From positions 1 through 25,338 of the forward strand of contig NW_021836096.1 in assembly GCF_006345805.1 (NCBI RefSeq): a stretch of DNA of 25,338 nucleotides, read 5' to 3'. The DNA is from Octopus sinensis. Its lineage: Eukaryota. Positions 19,534 to 25,338 of this stretch are shown here, piece by piece; the first letter of the stretch is position 1; every line of letters begins with the position of its first letter. The position numbers and the translations under genes were made by a program. Under the pieces are notes generated by a model that was not told the DNA's origin, made no database searches, and saw only the letters and a list, made by a program, of their open reading frames with translations.

Positions 19534-19735
19534 TATGTATGTATGTATGTATGTATGTGTATGTATGTATGCATGTATGCATGTATGCATGTATGTATAT
19601 ATGTATATATGTATTCATTATGTATGTATGTATGCATTATGTGTGTATGTATGTATGTATGTATGTATGTATGTATGTATGTATGTATGTATGTATGTAT
19701 GTATGTATGTATGTATGTATATATGCATGTATGTA
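19534..19735. repeat. (TATG)n microsatellite
   Basis: Directly visible. Confidence 0.95.
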
Positions 19736-19829
19736 TCTGTACATATCTTGAGCCTAAGTGTGTCCATCTACGCCACAATCTCCATCTCAGCCTTGGATTT
19801 CTCTACGAGCCGTTCCTGACGTCGTAGGC

Positions 19830-21105
19830 CCATGAAGGTCGGATGAAAATCTCATCGGCCGACCAAGGCACTCAGAGAACCTGACCAAATGGGGTTTATT
19901 TTTCAATATAGCCCCTCTGGCGATCCACAGCACTTCTTCCATCGGTGTTACAGTGCTTGGATCCCATTGATGAAGAAGATTTCATCCTGTTTACTCAAAA
20001 CAGTTATCAACAGCAAATATGACGTCATCGTCACGGCAATACTGCTTCTCAGTCAAGTGTTTTTCTCATGTTTGGGAAATGGCGCCAAATTGGTCGAATA
20101 GGGAGGTTGATCAACCCGTTCAAAGCTACACTCACGGACAGCGGCCATTGAAACTCACGATTTGTGTGCTGGAGTATTGTCCTGACGAAACGAGAGAGAT
20201 CTTTCGTCTGCCTTCCTGGTCTTGCCAGCCTTTTGTAACTTCCTCGGCTAAGTTGGCTACAAGTTACTCTCCATTGATGGTGTGGCCCTTTTGCAGGTGG
20301 TCAATAAGCGCAATGCCTTTCGTATCCGAATAAAGTGAGGCCATCATCTTCGCAGCAGGTGAAACAACTTTGAATTTCTTCGGAGCAGATGAAGAGGGGT
20401 GGTTCCACTGCATGGATTGTCTCTTTGTCTCTGGCTCAAAGTGACGAAGCCAACACTCATTCTCGGCGAGGAAATACTCGAGGAAACCAGCTGAATCTGG
20501 TGTGAACAGCTTTGTGCGCTTTTAATCCGGTGTCAGAAGAGGCGGCACTCACCGAGTTCCTTGAGCCGAATATTCTCAACTCTTTTATGGAATATGCTAA
20601 AAGCATTGGTTATTTGATGTTACAGTCAATCGCTTATCACCCGTCAACATGTAGTGAACACGATTCACGTTTTCCTGTGTGGCGGCAGTCGCAAGACGTC
20701 CAGACATTGGGTCATCTTCAGGACCCTCCCTTACCCTCCTAAATTCACTTACCTACTTTTGCACTGTTGATGAAGCTGCAGCATCATCCCCTAATATAGC
20801 AACCATATCAGCATGAATGCCCTGAGAGCTAAACCTTTTTCATGCAGGTACTTCATAACACAATGCTGCTAGTTACATTTGAAGTCGTTTTTGAACAGTC
20901 AAATGTGAGTTTAGGCGTATTATCTTGGGCAAATCTCATTTGCTATTGCCTCCGATTGACCCATACCGTATGACTGGAATCCAGTAGACGGAAACTGTGT
21001 GGAAGCCCATTCAAACGATACAGCTTTGCCCCCCACACTCTATTACGCTGATTCTGGCTGCGAATCACGTCACATGTACGTCTATGGGATACTCAACCTA
21101 GATGT
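19830..21105 (-). mobile_element. Mariner (Tc1/mariner, DD34D-type) DNA transposon, near full length, inactive
   Basis: Contains a transposase pseudogene. Degenerate TIR match of 14/24 between about 19835-19860 and 21079-21102. The span of about 1.28 kb is typical of mariner. Confidence 0.85.
19896..20878 (-). pseudogene. Mariner transposase pseudogene
   Basis: VMKYLHEKGL, IHADMVAILGDDA, FEPETKRQSMQWNHPSSSAPKKFK, RQDNTPAHKS, QPPYSTNLAP and GYIEK* are present. The first catalytic D reads N (AENECW), the third-D segment is deleted, and there are several stops and frameshifts. Confidence 0.92.
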
Positions 21106-21847
21106 CAATTCAGGAGCAGATAATTCACTTGATCGAACAAATGAATCTTCCTCGAAGAAGTGCGGAGAAATCACATGTGTCTGTAAAATAATCGATCGGT
21201 TCAAATTCAATGAGCGGTGACTCAGCTGATCGAACAACGGAATTCTCATCGTCGAAGCCGGTGGAGATCCATTTATGTACTTATTGTGCGCGCGCGTGTA
21301 TGTGTGTATGTGTGTATGTTTGTGTGTAAGTGCGCGTGGGGGGGGGGCGGTGAGTGTGAGTGCATGTGCGTGTGCGAGCGTAGGCGCATGCGTGTGTGCG
21401 TGTGTGTGTATGTATGTGCGACTGCGTGTGTGGGTCTGTATTTGCGTGTGTGTGTGTGCGTGTTCGCGCGCGCACGTGTGTGTGTGCAAGCCTCTGCAAC
21501 AAAGGCCGATTCTTCTTTCGTACTTTCAAGATGTCGACGACGACGACGACGACGACGACGATGGTATGTGGAACTTGGACAATGAGAAATTCCTCGAATA
21601 TGTCTCATGCAATCTCGGAATCCTTCTGAAGACATTCAGCAATTGAATGGTAACGCAAACGTTCTAAAGAATTTGGTTCCACTTATATTCTTCGCAACAT
21701 CAACTCCCCTAACCCTACACCCCCACCTCACCCACCACCATCATTAACACTCACGCAATTGATCCTTATCTCCATCCCCACCCACCCACCCCTATGCAAT
21801 AACTTCTATCAGTGATGATTGCCATGGCGACGGAGACAACGACGGCA

Positions 21848-21921
21848 AACACCATCTTCACCACCACCACCACCACCACCACCACCACCACCACCACCAC
21901 AACCACCACCACCATCACCAT
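21848..21921. repeat. (ACC)n microsatellite
   Basis: Directly visible. Confidence 0.9.
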
Positions 21922-22194
21922 TCTTTACTACTATGAAATCAGTCATCAGCATCGCGTAATGATGATAGTGATGGCATCACAATCGCTAGCGCTGCCAGCC
22001 TCTGGGAAAAGGGTTTTACGTTTCGAGCCTGCGCTCTTCAACAGAAAGGAATAAGAAGAATAAAACAGAGAATGAAAAAAATGTGTAGAGTTCAGCGGGG
22101 AACGATGTAATTGATATGCTTGTCCCCTCAAACTTGCTGGCGTTTACTAAAATTTGAACGATCATATCCCTTTAAATTGGAAAGGGTGGATGCT

Positions 22195-22330
22195 CGAGGG
22201 TCAGTGGTTAGGGTGTTGTGCACATGGTCGCAAGATTGCGGTTTCGATTCTTGAACCGGACGATGCGTTGTTGTCTTGAGCAAGACACTTCATGCCACGT
22301 TGCTCCAGTCCACTCAGTTAGCAACAATGA
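22195..22330 (+). mobile_element. tRNA-derived SINE, family A
   Basis: ggtcagtggttagg A-box, ggtttcgattc B-box, and core cttgagcaagacacttc..gctccagtccactcag. Confidence 0.8.
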
Positions 22331-22586
22331 ATAACCCTGCGACGGATCTGTGTCCCATCCACTGACAGAATCAGAGAAGCCGCCATACGGGGACTTGTGA
22401 CCGTTTCTGGTATATGACAGGCTGGGCGATAGGCATCTGCCTCTTGCATTTCAAGAGTAGGAACTCAACTTTGCGTATGTGTGTGTGCGTTTGCGAATAT
22501 ATAGGAGATACAGAGAGATATTAAAGGTAGATAGGTAGCTTGATTGATGGACAGAGATAAATATGTATGTATGTTGTAATGTATAC

Positions 22587-22623
<37 letters not shown>

Positions 22624-22697
22624 GATAGAGAGAAATATATATATATATATACTCGCATAGTACTATGTATATTATATGTATACACACATATACACGT

Positions 22698-22780
22698 AAA
22701 GAGAGAGAGAGAGTGAGAGAGAGAGAGAGAGTAAGAGAGTGAGAGAGAGAGAGTGAGAGAGAGAGAGAGAGAGAAAGAGA
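22698..22780. repeat. (GA)n microsatellite
   Basis: Directly visible. Confidence 0.9.
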
Positions 22781-23155
22781 GTGTGTGAATGAGTTGGAAA
22801 GCAAATAAGTAGAACTTCATTTCTTCAGAACTTTTTTCTGTTACCATTCTCTGTCTTCAGAAGGATTCCGCGATTGCATTAGACATATTCCAGGAATTTC
22901 TTATTGTCCAAATGGAAGTTTTATATAACAAACACTGCACTCTGTCACCCACACGTGCTACTCGCCTCCTCCTACTTCCTCCCCGGTGGGGGAAGGGAGA
23001 GAAAAAGCCCGGGACAGGGGTGGGGTGAAAGGGAGGGCATGGCTTTTGTCATATGTTCTGAGCTGCGGAGCCAGGTGTGTGTGTGTGTGTGCGCGCACAC
23101 ACACACGCGCGTGTGAATGAGTTAGTAGCATCCATTGCTTATGGTGCTAACCACA

Positions 23156-23253
23156 TTCTTCTTCTTCTTCTTCTTCTTCTTCTTCTTCTTCTTCTTCTTC
23201 TTCTTCTTCTTCTTCTTCTTCTTCTTCTTCTTCTTCTTCTTCTTCTTCTTCTT
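23156..23253. repeat. Pure (TTC)n, about 32 units
   Basis: Uninterrupted 98-bp tract. Confidence 0.97.
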
Positions 23254-23454
23254 GGAAGCAGTAATGCTTGTGGGTGTATATTGGTGAGAGTGATCATAGT
23301 GATGGTGGTGGTGGTGGCGCAGTGGTTTGTCTGGCCTTAAATTTGGTCTTAAATTGGGAACACTTTACCTCTTTATATTATTGCTGTTTCGAACCAGTAG
23401 TGTTGAACTTGTCTGCAGTGTCCTCCATCACGCGCTCTTTGAGGCAAGAAGATA

Positions 23455-24010
23455 TATCATCATCATCATCATCATCATCCTGAGTGAGAGAGCAGTGCAT
23501 GCCACCAAAATGATGCTGGGGTACAAATATACGAAGCCCAATATACCCATCGTGGCTACCCACCTGATAAGGGTACACCAGGCACATGCATCACAACCAT
23601 ATGTACACAACATGGTGATTTCATATCAAGATAAACAACGCATGAATTTGCAGGTGGGGCCCAGTTAGAATTTTCTTCAGGTCGAGTTGCCCATCACACT
23701 CAAAAAGACCCTGAATAAGGTTTGTATTAAGATGATCAATGAAACACCCATGTTTCCACAGGTGAATTACCCAAGCTACAAAGAATTCCTCCCAACTCGA
23801 TGCTTCCCCACTACTTCTGCTCGCGATCAGAGATTGCACATATCGTCAGCCACCCAGGGACATGCTCAACTGGTTAAGGCCAAGCAACTGACAAGCAAAT
23901 CTGCGCTATCGAGCAGAATATTTGCTGTAGCCCATATTTTACACAAAGACAAATCATGTACATGATAACACTTTCAATCAGTTAAGGTCAAAAGCCATGA
24001 GAGCCACTAC
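23455..24010 (-). mobile_element. About 550-bp non-coding interspersed repeat with an (ATG)n tail, probably a non-autonomous retroposon
   Basis: A (CAT)n run at 23456-23479 adjoins a complex sequence recalled as a high-copy octopus repeat. Classification was not verified. Confidence 0.5.
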
Positions 24011-24015
24011 TTTGG

Positions 24016-24155
24016 GCGTCGGACTGGCAGAACCGTTAGCATGCCGGACAAAAATGCTTAGCGACTTTTCGTCCGTCTTGACGTCCTGAGTTCAAATTCC
24101 ACCGAAACCGACTTTGCCTTTCATCATTTCGGGGTCGATAAAATAAGTACCAGTC
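24016..24155 (+). mobile_element. SINE, family C
   Basis: ggcagaaccgttagcatgccggacaaaaatgcttagc..gagttcaaattcc (B-box)..gactttgcctttcatcatttcggggtcgataaaataagtaccag. Confidence 0.88.
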
Positions 24156-24692
24156 TAGTAGTAGAGAAAGGAAACGTTTTGTAATGTAAAATATTCAAAC
24201 AAATAGAAGACGGGATGGTCATGACTAGAATGCCTTTGATCATGGGAATTCTTGATTCAGAGGTGATATGGCCTAAACACCGCAGACATCATCACGACCA
24301 TCAGCATCACAATCGCCACCATTAACTACAACAACAACAACAACAACAACGAGGCTGTCATTTAGGAGAATGCAAGAAAATTAACATCGTTATTAGAATA
24401 ATTTTGAAATAAATTATTCAAGCACCTCAAATTGCACCCAGTAAATTATTACCTGAAAAATATAAGTACATGGTCTTGGCTGTGTGTGTGTGTGTGTGTT
24501 TGTGCGCGTGTGTGTATGCATGTATGTGTTAGTATGAACATTTGAGCGCAGCAGATAATAAATGTGAACGAATGTGTATTTAAGTTGGTGTCTTTGTAAA
24601 ATAACGCGAAAGACAATAGACAACAGCCTTCAGTGAGTGAGTGTGTGTGAGTGTGTGTCTATGTGTATGCATATATAATGTATGTATGCAGG

Positions 24693-24694
<2 letters not shown>

Positions 24695-24744
<50 letters not shown>

Positions 24745-24891
24745 TATATATATATACTACACACACGTAAACTTATGCATACTAATGTATCAATGTATCA
24801 ATGCAAAGCTATACATCATACCACATATATATATGTATATATATATGTATATATATATGTTATATATATAATATATATGTGTGTGTGTGTG

Positions 24892-24929
<38 letters not shown>

Positions 24930-24930
24930 G
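24695..24930. repeat. (TA)n/(GT)n microsatellite complex
   Basis: Directly visible. Confidence 0.9.
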
Positions 24931-25139
24931 CAAGCACATACGGCGGTGCAGAGCTTTTGCGTACTCTAATAAGAATTTAGCAATGTAATGAAAGCAGGCG
25001 AGTGCATATAAGCATTCGTTCATTCGTACATACATATGTACACACACATGTACATACCTGTATATATATATATCATTATGTATAGAGAGAGTGGGAGAGG
25101 AAGGGAGTGAGGTGTCCAGACAGATAGAGAGGTAGACAT

Positions 25140-25143
<4 letters not shown>

Positions 25144-25198
<55 letters not shown>
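25144..25198. repeat. (GA)n microsatellite
   Basis: Directly visible. Confidence 0.95.
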
Positions 25199-25200
<2 letters not shown>

Positions 25201-25338
25201 CAAACATCGGTACCGGCAGAGAGACATGCCGTTATAATGTTCGCGACTAATCAAAAATGTGTCATTGAATTCATTCTATTTGTCAGAAATGTTAGCAGCA
25301 GACAATCCTTTGTTGTTACATGTGACATTGTGTAGGGA

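Noticed and set aside
21505-21570. Possible micro-exon (pyrimidine tract, AAG acceptor, (GAC)n, GTATGT donor)
   Set aside because: The acceptor is weak, the content is a simple repeat, and no partner exons or protein similarity are seen.
6634-24155. tRNA genes
   Set aside because: The A/B-box sequences are SINE heads followed by shared cores, and none folds into a full cloverleaf.
1-25338. CRISPR arrays, operons or other prokaryotic systems
   Set aside because: The sequence is eukaryotic repeat-rich DNA with no repeat-spacer array and no gene-dense segment.

Overview
AT-rich, microsatellite-dense eukaryotic non-coding DNA. The repeat content looks like a coleoid cephalopod, probably Octopus; this is an inference from recalled SINE families and (TA)n density and was not checked against a database. 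No intact host protein-coding gene is supported: most ORFs in the track are translations of simple repeats, and the rest are transposon fossils. The fossils are two R4/Dong-type non-LTR retrotransposon fragments (RT and RLE), two CR1-group LINE 3' ends, a condensed Helitron Pif1-helicase remnant fused to one of those LINE ends, a Penelope ORF C-terminus, a roughly 1.3-kb dead mariner, and about a dozen tRNA-derived SINE copies. The most notable signal is three type I hammerhead-ribozyme motifs (1603-1686 minus, 1707-1794 plus, 18204-18291 plus) in a short Penelope-pLTR-like repeat. They have a palindromic mini-stem III and an unusually long stem II, and two of them form a near-perfect 267-bp palindrome. 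Other points of interest are a 13-bp minisatellite rich in KLF/SP motifs and a unique-looking 17-kb segment carrying a duplicated TGACAC+TAATGA composite, a candidate enhancer.
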